From: Polyangiaceae bacterium
GTDB lineage: Bacteria > Myxococcota_A > Polyangia > Polyangiales > Polyangiaceae
Length of the DNA stretch: 64,000 nucleotides
Assembly: GCA_044376115.1 (NCBI GenBank)
Contig: JBILLK010000007.1
Location: 325,743 to 389,742 of the forward strand
Direction: 5' to 3'
Both the position numbers and the translations under genes were made by a program. The notes under the pieces were generated by a model. That model saw only the letters and a list, made by a program, of their open reading frames with translations, did not search any database and was not told the DNA's origin. Below are positions 1-9,039 of the stretch, piece after piece. The number at the start of each line of letters is the position of its first letter. Position 1 is the stretch's first letter.

Positions 1-1360
1 GGACGCACATCGGGCCGCCTTCCTGCTCGCGACAAAGATCGCATTTGTCGGCGACGTCGCTCGAGACGGTGCCTTGCGGTCGCGGATCCTCTGGCGCCCG
101 CGGCTTCATTTGAATGTTGTCCCAGGGGCAGGCCTTGGCGCAGGCGCCGCAGCCGGTGCACAGCTCTTTGCGGATGAACACTTCGCCGCGCGCGTCTTTG
201 GCGATGGCGCCGGTCGGGCAGCCGACCATGCAGGCGGGGTTGTCGCAGTGTTGGCAGGAGTTTGGCAGTAGGTAGTGCGCGCTGGCGAAGATGTTCGGTT
301 GCTCGGACTGCGCGGGTTCCGGCTCGCTGCGTGGGCGCAGAAGCTTGTCGCCTTCGCGCAGCAGCCGACTCTCACCGTACAGCGAGGCGCAGGCCCAGGC
401 GCAATGGCCGCAGCGGACGCAGGTATCGAGGTCGATCAGCAGCAAACTGCCGGCCACTTGCATGCGGTAGAGATCGCGGAACACATGCTCGGTCGCGTGT
501 TTGGCGGCGCCACCGACGAGTTCGCGTTGCCGTTCGAGTGTGTCGCTTCCAACTTTGCGCAGACCAGCGAAGAGACGCTCGTCGAGCTTGGCCAGGCCGC
601 GTACCACGCGGGCTGGTATCGCGAGCACGGTGGAAGGCCCGTTGGCAACGGCCGAACTCGTGCGCACCGTGGCTGTTTCAAGCTCCTGATCGCCGAAGAA
701 ATCTCCACGGCCGAAGTACGCGTGCACGCGTGCTCGGCCCTCGCTCTCGACCTGCAGCTGAATCAGCCCGTCGCCCACGATGAACAGCGAGGTGGAGGCG
801 TCGCCTGCGCGATACAGCGTCTGACCGCGCTCGAAGCTGTGATAGCTGACGGCGTCGAGCAGCGCGTCGAGCTCGCTTTCGCCGATGCTCTGGCCCAGCG
901 GCGTCGCCGCGATCACGTCGCGCGCAGCAGCTCGCTTGAGGGTGCGCTCGGTCTTCTCGAGCAGCTCGGCCCGGCCCAAACGAACGATGGCGCGCCGGAA
1001 GAGGTGGACCGGGATCTCGACCACCTGCGCGCGCGTGACGGCGCGTGCTTCCACCTGGCGGGGTACGCCGGCCATCGCTTCTTCACCGAACAGCTCGCCT
1101 TCGCGCGGCGAACGCACGCGCATCGGTGGCTCGTTCGAGCGCGCGCGGGTCGCGCGCAGCTCGAGCGAGCCGGACGCCACCACGAAGAAAGAGTCTGCGA
1201 CGGCGCCCTGCTCGAACACGACGCTGCCCGGCGCGAACTCGAGCAGCCTTCCGGCTGCCTCGAATTCGCGCATGGCGCGCGCGTCGAGCCCGCGAAAGAT
1301 GGCCGCGCTCCAGACCGACTTCGGCCACCCTTGGGCTGCCGCTTGCACCGCCGAGCTCAT
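1..1360 (-). CDS. Protein with two cyclic-nucleotide-binding (CAP/cNMP) domains fused to a multi-[4Fe-4S] DmsB/NrfC-like ferredoxin domain; 3' end runs off the window start
   Basis: Absent from the ORF track because it has no stop inside the window. My translation from ATG 1360 (ATGA overlap with upstream stop) gives MSSAVQAAAQGWPKSVWSAAIFRGL..VFEQGAVADSFFVVASGSLEL..GELFGEEA, then a second cNMP domain LYRAGDASTSLFIVGDGLIQL..GDFFGDQE. Cys clusters follow: CVRCGHCAWAC, CQHCDNPACMVGCP, CTGCGACAKACP, CDLC..PMCV. Confidence 0.88.
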   Translation of the reverse strand, partial: MSSAVQAAAQGWPKSVWSAAIFRGLDARAMREFEAAGRLLEFAPGSVVFEQGAVADSFFVVASGSLELRATRARSNEPPMRVRSPREGELFGEEAMAGVPRQVEARAVTRAQVVEIPVHLFRRAIVRLGRAELLEKTERTLKRAAARDVIAATPLGQSIGESELDALLDAVSYHSFERGQTLYRAGDASTSLFIVGDGLIQLQVESEGRARVHAYFGRGDFFGDQELETATVRTSSAVANGPSTVLAIPARVVRGLAKLDERLFAGLRKVGSDTLERQRELVGGAAKHATEHVFRDLYRMQVAGSLLLIDLDTCVRCGHCAWACASLYGESRLLREGDKLLRPRSEPEPAQSEQPNIFASAHYLLPNSCQHCDNPACMVGCPTGAIAKDARGEVFIRKELCTGCGACAKACPWDNIQMKPRAPEDPRPQGTVSSDVADKCDLCREQEGGPMCV

Positions 1361-4347
1361 CGCGCGAGCTCGGCCTCGCGCGCATCGAGCTCGACGAGCT
1401 CGATGCGCTGCCACATCGAATCATCCATCAGCGGGCCGGAGGGCCTGCGCCCGAGCCGCGCCATTTGCCGCTCGTACTCGATGAAGGCGCGAATCAAAAA
1501 CGGCGGGAAGGCTCGAAACATCAGCCGTGCGCGGACCTTGAGCGGAAATACAGCGGCGCCCGGGTCGAGCACGTACGTGTAGCGCAGTGGCACCTCCGGC
1601 GGCGCCGAGCGGGTATCGATGATCGCGTCCGGCGCCTTGAGTTGGCCGCGCGAAGCGTCCAGCGAGCCCACCGGAAAATAGGTCTCGAACAGGTTGTGCC
1701 GATCATCGAGGTTGGAGCTGCAGACGCCGCTATCGAGATCGTAGTTGCCGTCGGTGAAGCGGTCTGCGCGGAAGATGCCCTGGCCCGGCCCCGGCTGACA
1801 CGAGCCGTCGGCGGCGATCACGCCGATGCAGGTCACGCAGCGAAGAAAGCCGTTTTGTAGGTTGATGAGGCCCTTGCCGCTGAAGCGCGTGCCTCCGAGT
1901 TCGGGCGGTGGGGTCCACTCGGGGTTGTCCGGCCCGTTGCGGATGTCGGCGCCAAACAAGCCGATCGGCCGGCCCTGGCCGTCGAGCAGGTTCGGGTCGG
2001 TGTTGATGCGAGCAAAGACCTTGTCGCGCAGATCTTCGTCGTTGCGATCGACGCGACCGACTTCGTACACCGTACGACCGCGCGCATCTTTGACCTCGAG
2101 GTGCACCCAGATCTCGCGCTCTTGGCTGAAACCCGCTGGGGCTCGGTGGCCTGCACCAATATTCTCGAGCTCGATCGGAATGACGATCTCGCGGCCGCTC
2201 TTGGTTGGCTTTTGCAGTTCGAAGCGGAAGGTGGCGCGCAGCAGTGCGTCGCGACGGGCCTTGGCCGAGACCGGGATCTGCGCGAGATCATGTGCGGCCT
2301 CATCCAATAGATCGCGCGGGTATTCGCGGGAGAGCGGTAAATCCACGCCGCTGAAGAAGTGCGTCGTGACCGCGGTCTTCTTGCTCGAGCCGAGCGCGAT
2401 GCGCCCCTCGGGGTAGACGCCGGGTGCGCGCTTTTCAAAGCGAAAGCCGTCGCCACAAAGTTTGTCGCCCTCGTCGCCAGGCGCTTCGGTGCATACGCCG
2501 GGAAACGCCGACATGTGGCAGTCCTGGCAGGTGGCGGCCTCGCGACCTTTACGCTTTTGTAGCGAGGCCCACTCGGTCCATTCGGTGTAGCCGTTGCGCA
2601 GCCGTTTGAAGTTCTCGCCCTTGTTGCGGCCGACGGCGTCGGTGCCGAACAGCCGCACGTCGTGGCAGCTGCCGCAGAACTCGCTCGACTTCAGGTACTT
2701 GGAGGTGGATTCGTCATGCAGGCGATGCGGGATCTCAACGCCGTCCGCGGAGTTCGGCCCGCCCTCGCGGCGGCCCAAGAACAGCTCCTCGCTGCGCAGG
2801 TCATAACCGCTGTTACCGATGCCGAAGACGCGCCGCCGATCTTCGGGGCGGGCCTCGAATACGCGGCCGGTGAGGAAGGAGGTCCAGCTGGGGTTGCCTT
2901 GATAGCCGCGGCGGGAAGGGTCCACCGGGCCGTGCGTTTGGTGACAAGAGCCGCAGCCGATGCCGTCGAGTCCGCCGGGACCGAGCAGATCGCGCACGGG
3001 GTGAAGGGAGCGAGCATCGCCGCCGCGACCTTGCCACGCGGGTATTCGGTTCTCTTGGCTCTCGAGCGGCGCGTGGCAGTTGACGCACCAGTGCTCCCCG
3101 CCGGTGCCGGTGGTTTGAAAGCCTGTTTGTTCGTTGCGGCAGGCCGTGCGCGGATCGGCCTTGCGCAGCGCACCGGCGCCGTTGGGGCAGGCGAAGTCAC
3201 GACCGAATTGCTCCTGAATCAGCGACTCGAGCGAATTGAAGAGCGGGCTCTTCGCGGCGTGGCCCATCACGCTGCGGCGCCATTCGTTGGCTTGACGGGC
3301 GTGGCACGAGGCGCAGTCGTTGGCGGTGAACTCAGTCGGCTTTAGGTTCGCTTGTTCTTGGCCGGCCTGCGCGAGCGGCGCGTTCGGCTTGGGCGCAGGC
3401 TCGAGTTGCGCCAGGGCCAGTGCGGTCGCGGCGAGCGCCAGCGGCAACGGCCATAGGCGCTGCCAGCGCTGCCACTTCGCTGCGGGGGCTTGGGGCCTGA
3501 GCGGCGGCGCGACTGGTTCGGGCGGAGCGGATCGTTCGCGCGGGACGGGAACGGCGAGGCCTTGGGCTGCACCCGACGGCTCGCGCTTGCGCGGCGCGAT
3601 GACGATATCACCGCCGTGCACGAAGCGAGCAAGCGCATCGGCTACGGCCTCTGCGCTGGCCGGCCGCTCGGCTGGAATTGGTGATAGCAGCTTGAGCGTC
3701 AGCGACTGCAGGCCGGGGGGCAGGGCTGCTGCGACGGCCTCGGGGAAGGGGGGGGGAGCTCCGCGTGCGGCCTCCATCGCGCGGCGCAAACCAGCGCCGC
3801 CAAAGGGATGCGAGCCGGTCAACATTTTGTACAAAATCAGCCCCAAGACGTACAAATTTGCTGACTCGTCGAAGGGCGCGCCATCGGCCTGATCCGGCGG
3901 GCAATAGAGCGGCGGTGGGCTCTCGTGCCGTGGCTCGGCGCCGAGCATCCCCCGCACTTGGCCCTCGCAAGCGAGCTGCGCTCGACCTTCGTGCACCAGC
4001 ACGTTGTCCGGCGCGAGCGGCCCGGGAAAGCTCGGTTGCGCCAAGGCCTCGGCTACGTCGAGGGCGAGTCGCAGCGCATGCTCGATCGTTGGGGGCTGCG
4101 CCTTTTGCAGCGCGCTCAGCGTGCGGTCGGCGGCGATGCGGGTGAGCCAAACGCCCTCGTTGTCGCGGCCGATCTCGAGGAAGCCGGCGCGCTTTTGGCG
4201 CGCGAGCGCGTGTAGTTTCGAGGCCAGCTCGCTTTGTTCGACGCCGAGACGATAGAGCCGCTGCCCGCCCTCGATCGGGCTCACGCGTGCGCAGCCGATC
4301 GTCTCGTGGGGGCCGATGCTGGCCTTCGCCTCGGCCTGCCGAATCAT
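1357..4347 (-). CDS. Fusion: degenerate Ser/Thr kinase (pseudokinase) domain, Pro-rich linker, TM helix, multiheme cytochrome c domain (5 CxxCH)
   Basis: Kinase C-lobe motifs are present (LAPDNVLV, LYCPPDQ, ANLYVLGLILYKMLTGSHPF, ERP) but the Gly loop, VAIK, HRD and DFG are not. Hydrophobic segment LWPLPLALAATALALAQL. Heme motifs CASCH, CVNCH, CGSCH, CGSCH, CQDCH. Confidence 0.85.
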   Translation of the reverse strand: MIRQAEAKASIGPHETIGCARVSPIEGGQRLYRLGVEQSELASKLHALARQKRAGFLEIGRDNEGVWLTRIAADRTLSALQKAQPPTIEHALRLALDVAEALAQPSFPGPLAPDNVLVHEGRAQLACEGQVRGMLGAEPRHESPPPLYCPPDQADGAPFDESANLYVLGLILYKMLTGSHPFGGAGLRRAMEAARGAPPPFPEAVAAALPPGLQSLTLKLLSPIPAERPASAEAVADALARFVHGGDIVIAPRKREPSGAAQGLAVPVPRERSAPPEPVAPPLRPQAPAAKWQRWQRLWPLPLALAATALALAQLEPAPKPNAPLAQAGQEQANLKPTEFTANDCASCHARQANEWRRSVMGHAAKSPLFNSLESLIQEQFGRDFACPNGAGALRKADPRTACRNEQTGFQTTGTGGEHWCVNCHAPLESQENRIPAWQGRGGDARSLHPVRDLLGPGGLDGIGCGSCHQTHGPVDPSRRGYQGNPSWTSFLTGRVFEARPEDRRRVFGIGNSGYDLRSEELFLGRREGGPNSADGVEIPHRLHDESTSKYLKSSEFCGSCHDVRLFGTDAVGRNKGENFKRLRNGYTEWTEWASLQKRKGREAATCQDCHMSAFPGVCTEAPGDEGDKLCGDGFRFEKRAPGVYPEGRIALGSSKKTAVTTHFFSGVDLPLSREYPRDLLDEAAHDLAQIPVSAKARRDALLRATFRFELQKPTKSGREIVIPIELENIGAGHRAPAGFSQEREIWVHLEVKDARGRTVYEVGRVDRNDEDLRDKVFARINTDPNLLDGQGRPIGLFGADIRNGPDNPEWTPPPELGGTRFSGKGLINLQNGFLRCVTCIGVIAADGSCQPGPGQGIFRADRFTDGNYDLDSGVCSSNLDDRHNLFETYFPVGSLDASRGQLKAPDAIIDTRSAPPEVPLRYTYVLDPGAAVFPLKVRARLMFRAFPPFLIRAFIEYERQMARLGRRPSGPLMDDSMWQRIELVELDAREAELAR

Positions 4348-5630
4348 CGGCCCTTGATCGGCTTGGCAGAACGCTCTGCGGAGAGCGCGGGGCTCGGCGC
4401 TTTGGCTTTGCTGACGCTAGCGCGAACAGCGTAGGCGACCGCGCCGGAGAGCAGCGAAAGTACGACGATGATGGCGATCGCGAGGCCGCGTGGGATCTCG
4501 CGCGGCTTCTCTTTGTGATCCAAGAGCGCGATGGTGTCGGCGCGTGGGGCTTTGGGCGGAGCGGGCGCTGCAACTTCGCTCGGGGGCGCTCCCGAGCGCA
4601 CCGCGCTACCAGCGTCTGCGCGATAGGGGGCCGCATCTGCGCTACGCGGCGAGGAGACCGGCCTTTCTGCGGCTCGCGGCGAAGAGACAGGCCGTTCGCC
4701 GTCTTGTGATGCGGCGGCGCCCAGCGAGAGGCGAGGGGATACCATGGTTGCGCGGCTGCGTTCGCGCCCACGCGGGCTCTGCGGGCTGCTCTTCGTCGTC
4801 CCCAAGGATGACCCGCCCGAGGGAATGAAGGGCTCGAGCTCCTGGACGATATCGAGCGCCAGATACGGGCGATCTTCCGGCGCCTTTTCGAGTAGACGGA
4901 AGAGCAGGCTTTCCACTCCCTGCGGCAAACCCGCGCGCACCTCGGGCGAGAGCGCGGGCGGCTCGGCCGTGCACTGAAGGTTGAGCAGCTGACGCGGCGA
5001 ACTCGAAACGAAGGGCGGGCGGCCTTCGAGCAGCTCATACAGGATGAGCCCCAGACAATAGAGGTCGGAGCGATGATCGATGGTGGTGGCATCGATCTGC
5101 TCGGGGCTCATGTACTGCAGCGTGCCCACGCTCTGCGTGTTGGTCTGGTTCATCGCCTCGATCACTTTCGCGATGCCGAAGTCCATCACCTTGATGGTGC
5201 CGTCGCTGGTGACCATGATGTTCTCCGGCTTGAGGTCCCGATGAATCACCGGCGGCTGCTGGCCATGGGCCGCTGCCAAAGCGTCTGCGGTGGCGGCGAT
5301 CACTGCGACGGCGTCGGTCCAGCTGAGCCGGCCGCGGTCCGAGATGACGCCGCGCAGCGTTTTGCCGTCGAGGTACTCGAGCACCATCACCAGCTCGCCG
5401 CCGACCTCCAGGCTCGACAGGCTGCGCACGATGTTGGGGTGCTCCACACGCGCGAGGATCTGCATCTCGTTCAGGAACAGCCGGCGCGCCTGCTCGCTCT
5501 TCGAAAGCTCCGAGTGCAGCACCTTGAGGGCCACACGACGCTTGCTGAGCCGCTCCTCCCCCTCGTAAACCTTCCCCATTCCGCCTTCGCCAATCAGGCG
5601 GCGAACGAGGTAGTCACCCATTTGCTCCAT
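4344..5630 (-). CDS. Hanks-type Ser/Thr protein kinase with C-terminal TM anchor
   Basis: GEGGMG, VALK, HRDLKPEN, DFG and YMSPEQ are all intact. TM segment GLAIAIIVVLSLLSGAVAYAV followed by a short tail. Start placed at ATG 5630 (GAGG upstream); the ORF track uses 5687. Confidence 0.93.
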   Translation of the reverse strand: MEQMGDYLVRRLIGEGGMGKVYEGEERLSKRRVALKVLHSELSKSEQARRLFLNEMQILARVEHPNIVRSLSSLEVGGELVMVLEYLDGKTLRGVISDRGRLSWTDAVAVIAATADALAAAHGQQPPVIHRDLKPENIMVTSDGTIKVMDFGIAKVIEAMNQTNTQSVGTLQYMSPEQIDATTIDHRSDLYCLGLILYELLEGRPPFVSSSPRQLLNLQCTAEPPALSPEVRAGLPQGVESLLFRLLEKAPEDRPYLALDIVQELEPFIPSGGSSLGTTKSSPQSPRGRERSRATMVSPRLSLGAAASQDGERPVSSPRAAERPVSSPRSADAAPYRADAGSAVRSGAPPSEVAAPAPPKAPRADTIALLDHKEKPREIPRGLAIAIIVVLSLLSGAVAYAVRASVSKAKAPSPALSAERSAKPIKGR

Positions 5631-5798
5631 GCTCTCGGTGTCCTCTTCCAGAGCTAGGGCAAGGTCTGCGGTGAGCGAGATAGCCACGGGTACGAGCGAG
5701 TAGCCGTCAGCTCAGCATTCGTGACGAAGTTTCTTGGTCGCCTCACAAATCCCCTTTGGCTCAGCCTGGTTGGACCAGGCGGCTGTGCGAATGCTTGG

Positions 5799-6338
5799 CT
5801 ATTGCCGCACACAACGCAACATCTCTCCAGTCAGGCTGGCCGCCCCCTTGGGGCAGCTGACGGCAAGGGCGGTTTTTCCGTCGGATTCTTCGTGCGGCAG
5901 GAGCCAGTAGTGACAAGCGCTGCTGCCCTCGATCTGGAAACTGGAGGTACGTACGTTCCAGATCTTGGTCGCCTGGCCGTCCACCACCAGCTGCTGCGGG
6001 TTGCTCGAGTCCTTGGACTCTGCGGCTGGGCCCTTGAAATCGAGCTTGAAGAGCCCGCAGTTCCAGGGACCGCGCAGCTCGTCGAGCGAGCGTGTTTCGT
6101 TCTTGTGGAGCTCGCAGTAGCGCGCCTGCGAGAAGCTGCTTTCGCCTTTGGCGAGGTTGCTTAGCTTTTCGCATTGGCCGCTCTCCGAAAGCTCGTTCTT
6201 CGCGGCGAACTTGGCGTGCTCGCAGGCTGGGCTCTCGGGGCCGCAGCTCTCGCAACGGAACTGCCAGTAGCTGGGACAAGGCGGATCACAAGCGAGCAGC
6301 GGCAAGGTAAGCAGCGCGGCTAGGGCAAAACGCACCAC
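5799..6338 (-). CDS. Cys-rich lipoprotein, unknown function
   Basis: Signal peptide with lipobox LLAC, many Cys residues, AGGAGG at the start. Confidence 0.75.
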   Translation of the reverse strand: MVRFALAALLTLPLLACDPPCPSYWQFRCESCGPESPACEHAKFAAKNELSESGQCEKLSNLAKGESSFSQARYCELHKNETRSLDELRGPWNCGLFKLDFKGPAAESKDSSNPQQLVVDGQATKIWNVRTSSFQIEGSSACHYWLLPHEESDGKTALAVSCPKGAASLTGEMLRCVRQ

Positions 6339-6428
6339 CTCCTGGTATCACAGGCTCGGCTAGGTCGTTGGATTGCGCGCACACGGGCACGCCTTTTCAC
6401 CGCGCCGATACCTGCGGTAGCGTGGCGC

Positions 6429-7199
6429 GTGACCGCGAGCGCCACCAAAGAAAAACGCCGCATAGCGCGCTGGGACCCGAGTCTTTTCGAGCGCCATTCG
6501 CTGTTTGCGCCTCTGCTTCCGTTCGCTTCGCGCTTCGCGGCGTGTGCTGAGTTCCCTTGCGTCGCCACCATCGACCGGGAGCTCAGCGCGTCCGCCGGGG
6601 TGAACTTCGTGGCGCAGCCTCCGCTCACGCGCAAAGAGCGTCGGATGGCAATTCCGTACGACCAGGCCATTCTCGCAGGCACGGTTCCAACGCGTGAGGG
6701 CTCGTGGCACGACTTCATGAACGCCCTCGTATGGGCCGCCTTCCCCAAGGCCAAGCTCGCCGTCCATGCTTTGCAAAGCCGATTGATTGAGCAGGCCAGC
6801 GCCGCGGGCATCGTCGGTCGGCGCACGCCTGCGCACGACGCCGTGGCGGTGCTCGATGAGGGCGGCGTGCTGCTCTTGCACGGCGAACAGGCGCCCTCGG
6901 CCTCCGCCGCCGAGACGATCGCTGCGCTCACCACGTGGGCCACGAGCGAGTCCGCCGCGGAGCCTCCTCTTCCACTCACCGCGATGGTGTTCGGGCATGG
7001 CGTCTTCGAGTCGGTGGCGATCGAAGGGCCTTGGCCGCTCGTGCGAGCGGCGCTGCTGAGCGTCTCGGCTCAACAATCGGTAGACCAGCGGCTGGCCGAG
7101 TGGCTCATGAGCGCTGACGCGCCAACTGGGCCAAAGAGCTTGTTGCCCGTATCTCCTGGTCGGCTCGCTCGGCTGCTCGGGGGGCTCACCCGTGTTTGA
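6429..7199 (+). CDS. DUF3025-family protein
   Basis: Motifs VPTREGSWHDFMNALVWAAFPKAK, DEGG and VFGHG match my recollection of DUF3025. Confidence 0.75.
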   Translation: MTASATKEKRRIARWDPSLFERHSLFAPLLPFASRFAACAEFPCVATIDRELSASAGVNFVAQPPLTRKERRMAIPYDQAILAGTVPTREGSWHDFMNALVWAAFPKAKLAVHALQSRLIEQASAAGIVGRRTPAHDAVAVLDEGGVLLLHGEQAPSASAAETIAALTTWATSESAAEPPLPLTAMVFGHGVFESVAIEGPWPLVRAALLSVSAQQSVDQRLAEWLMSADAPTGPKSLLPVSPGRLARLLGGLTRV

Positions 7200-7250
7200 C
7201 GCCCTGTGAAGTACGCGTCTCTGATCGAACCCTGCTAGCTTCACGCCTCT

Positions 7251-7982
7251 ATGCGCGAACTTCCACGCGTCGGCTTGAGCGTCATCGCCCCGTGTTTCAA
7301 CGAGGAAGCCAACGTGGCGACGCTCGCGCGCCGCTCCCTGGCAGCGTTTAAGGCTCTGCCCGTACCAGCAGAGTTACTGCTGATTGACGATGGTTCTCGT
7401 GACGGGACCTGGTCGGCGATCGAACGTGTGACCGCGCAAGAGCCCGCTGTGCGTGGGGCTCGGCACGCGGTCAATCGCGGGATCGTCGGCGGTTGGAAGA
7501 CTGGACTCGAGCTTGCTCGATACGACCTGGTTTGCCTGATTGATTCGGATCTGCAGAATCGGCCCGAGGATATCCCGCGCTTGATGCAGGCCTGGACCGA
7601 GCACGATACCGACCTCGTGCAAGGCGTGCGCAACCCACAGCCAGGCGAGGTCCGCACGGTGTTCTCCAGGGCGCTCAACCTACTCCTCAATGCGTCCTTC
7701 GGGATGAACCTGGCGGACAACAAGAGTGGTTTCATTCTCACCCGCCGCGCGACGCTCGCAGCGCTGCTCGAGGATGCTCAGGGCTACCGCTACTTCCAGA
7801 GTCTGATCGGCGTCGCGGCTGGCGTTCGTGCCCTCCGCTTTCACGAGGTGCAGACCCAGTTCGAGCTGCGCCAGGCCGGTACTTCGTTTCTCGGTCGGTA
7901 TCCGCTGGTGGTCTCTGCGAGGGTGCTCACGGAGGTTCTACGCTACAGGATCCACACTCTCCAAAAGCGCTCGTCACTGTAG
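7251..7982 (+). CDS. GT2 glycosyltransferase (polyprenol-phosphate sugar transferase/DPM1-ArnC-like)
   Basis: VIAPCFNEE, IDDGSRDGT, NRG, DSDLQ. Confidence 0.9.
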   Translation: MRELPRVGLSVIAPCFNEEANVATLARRSLAAFKALPVPAELLLIDDGSRDGTWSAIERVTAQEPAVRGARHAVNRGIVGGWKTGLELARYDLVCLIDSDLQNRPEDIPRLMQAWTEHDTDLVQGVRNPQPGEVRTVFSRALNLLLNASFGMNLADNKSGFILTRRATLAALLEDAQGYRYFQSLIGVAAGVRALRFHEVQTQFELRQAGTSFLGRYPLVVSARVLTEVLRYRIHTLQKRSSL

Positions 7983-7983
7983 G

Positions 7984-9039
7984 ATGACGCCCATGGACCG
8001 AGCCGATCTCGAACTTCTCGTGGACCCCGAAACGTCCGCTCCACTCACGCTTGAGCCGCTGAGCGCGGATGCCGGTTTGGTGATGGAGGGCACCTTGGCC
8101 TCGGGCTCCGGCCAGCGGTTCGAGGTGCGCGAGGGCATACCCAGCTTCGTTGCCAAGGAGACGATGGATGAGCAAACCGTGCGCTCTTTCGACGAAAAGT
8201 GGGAGAAGCACAAGACCTATCGCGAGGAGACCCGCGCGTTTTACACCGAGTGGTATTTGGCGCGCTTTGGCTTCGGTGATCGCGCTGGGCTCAGCCGTTT
8301 TCTGGAGGACAAGAAGCTCATCCTGGACGCTGGCACCGGCGCGGGCCGCGACGCTGCGAACTTTGTCGAGCTAGCCCCGCAAAGCCGTGTCTTCGGCATC
8401 GATACAGCCTGGCACGCGCTTGTTACCAGCGCACGCAACGCACGCCAGCAGGCCGACACAAGACCTCAAGCTCGGCTCGTCCATGCCGACATCCATCGCT
8501 TGCCCTTTGCCGACGGTACGTTCGACTTCATCAACTGTGATCAGGTGATCCACCACACGCCTGAACCACGGGTTGCCTTCGAGGCGTTGGCGAGGAAGCT
8601 CCGCGTCGGTGGCGAAATCGCTGTCTACGTCTACCGTAAGAAGTCGGTCATTCGAGAGTTCACCGACGACTACGTGCGTGAGCGCATCAAGCATGGCTCG
8701 TTCGAAGAAGCGCTGGCCGTCACCTCGGCAATCACGAAGCTCGGAAAGGCTTTCGCTGAGCTGAATCAGCGTGTTCGAATCGAGGAAGACCTAACTGTGC
8801 TGGGTATCGAGAAGGGGGAGTACGACGTGCAGCGTTTTCTCCATTGGCACGTGCTCAAGTGCTTCTGGAACCCATCGTTCGACTTCTTTACCAACAATGT
8901 CGTGAACGCCGACTGGTATCACCCTGTGCACTGTCATCGCTTCACCCCTGAAGAGTTCCGCACGTGGTTCGAAGCGTGGGAGATTCAGGCGTGGGATGAG
9001 CAAGAGGCGGGCATCTCCTGTCGCGCGAGGAAGCGCTAA
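7984..9039 (+). CDS. Class I SAM-dependent methyltransferase with N-terminal Trm112-like domain
   Basis: LLVDP..FEVREGIPSF (Trm112-like), ILDAGTGAG, ADIHRLPFADGTFDFI, VIHHT. Start is ATG 7984 or 7993, not the overlapping 7828. Confidence 0.85.
   Translation: MTPMDRADLELLVDPETSAPLTLEPLSADAGLVMEGTLASGSGQRFEVREGIPSFVAKETMDEQTVRSFDEKWEKHKTYREETRAFYTEWYLARFGFGDRAGLSRFLEDKKLILDAGTGAGRDAANFVELAPQSRVFGIDTAWHALVTSARNARQQADTRPQARLVHADIHRLPFADGTFDFINCDQVIHHTPEPRVAFEALARKLRVGGEIAVYVYRKKSVIREFTDDYVRERIKHGSFEEALAVTSAITKLGKAFAELNQRVRIEEDLTVLGIEKGEYDVQRFLHWHVLKCFWNPSFDFFTNNVVNADWYHPVHCHRFTPEEFRTWFEAWEIQAWDEQEAGISCRARKR

Noticed and set aside
275..1582. 435-aa plus-strand ORF
   Set aside because: Antisense shadow of the cNMP/ferredoxin gene; no motifs of its own.
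3608..5092. 494-aa minus-strand ORF bridging the kinase and pseudokinase genes
   Set aside because: Arg/Pro/Ser-rich alternate-frame product typical of high-GC DNA; both overlapped genes have clear motifs and a clean ATGA junction.
5721..6279. Alternative ORFs over the lipoprotein gene
   Set aside because: The 5799-6338 frame has a lipobox and RBS; the others show no features.
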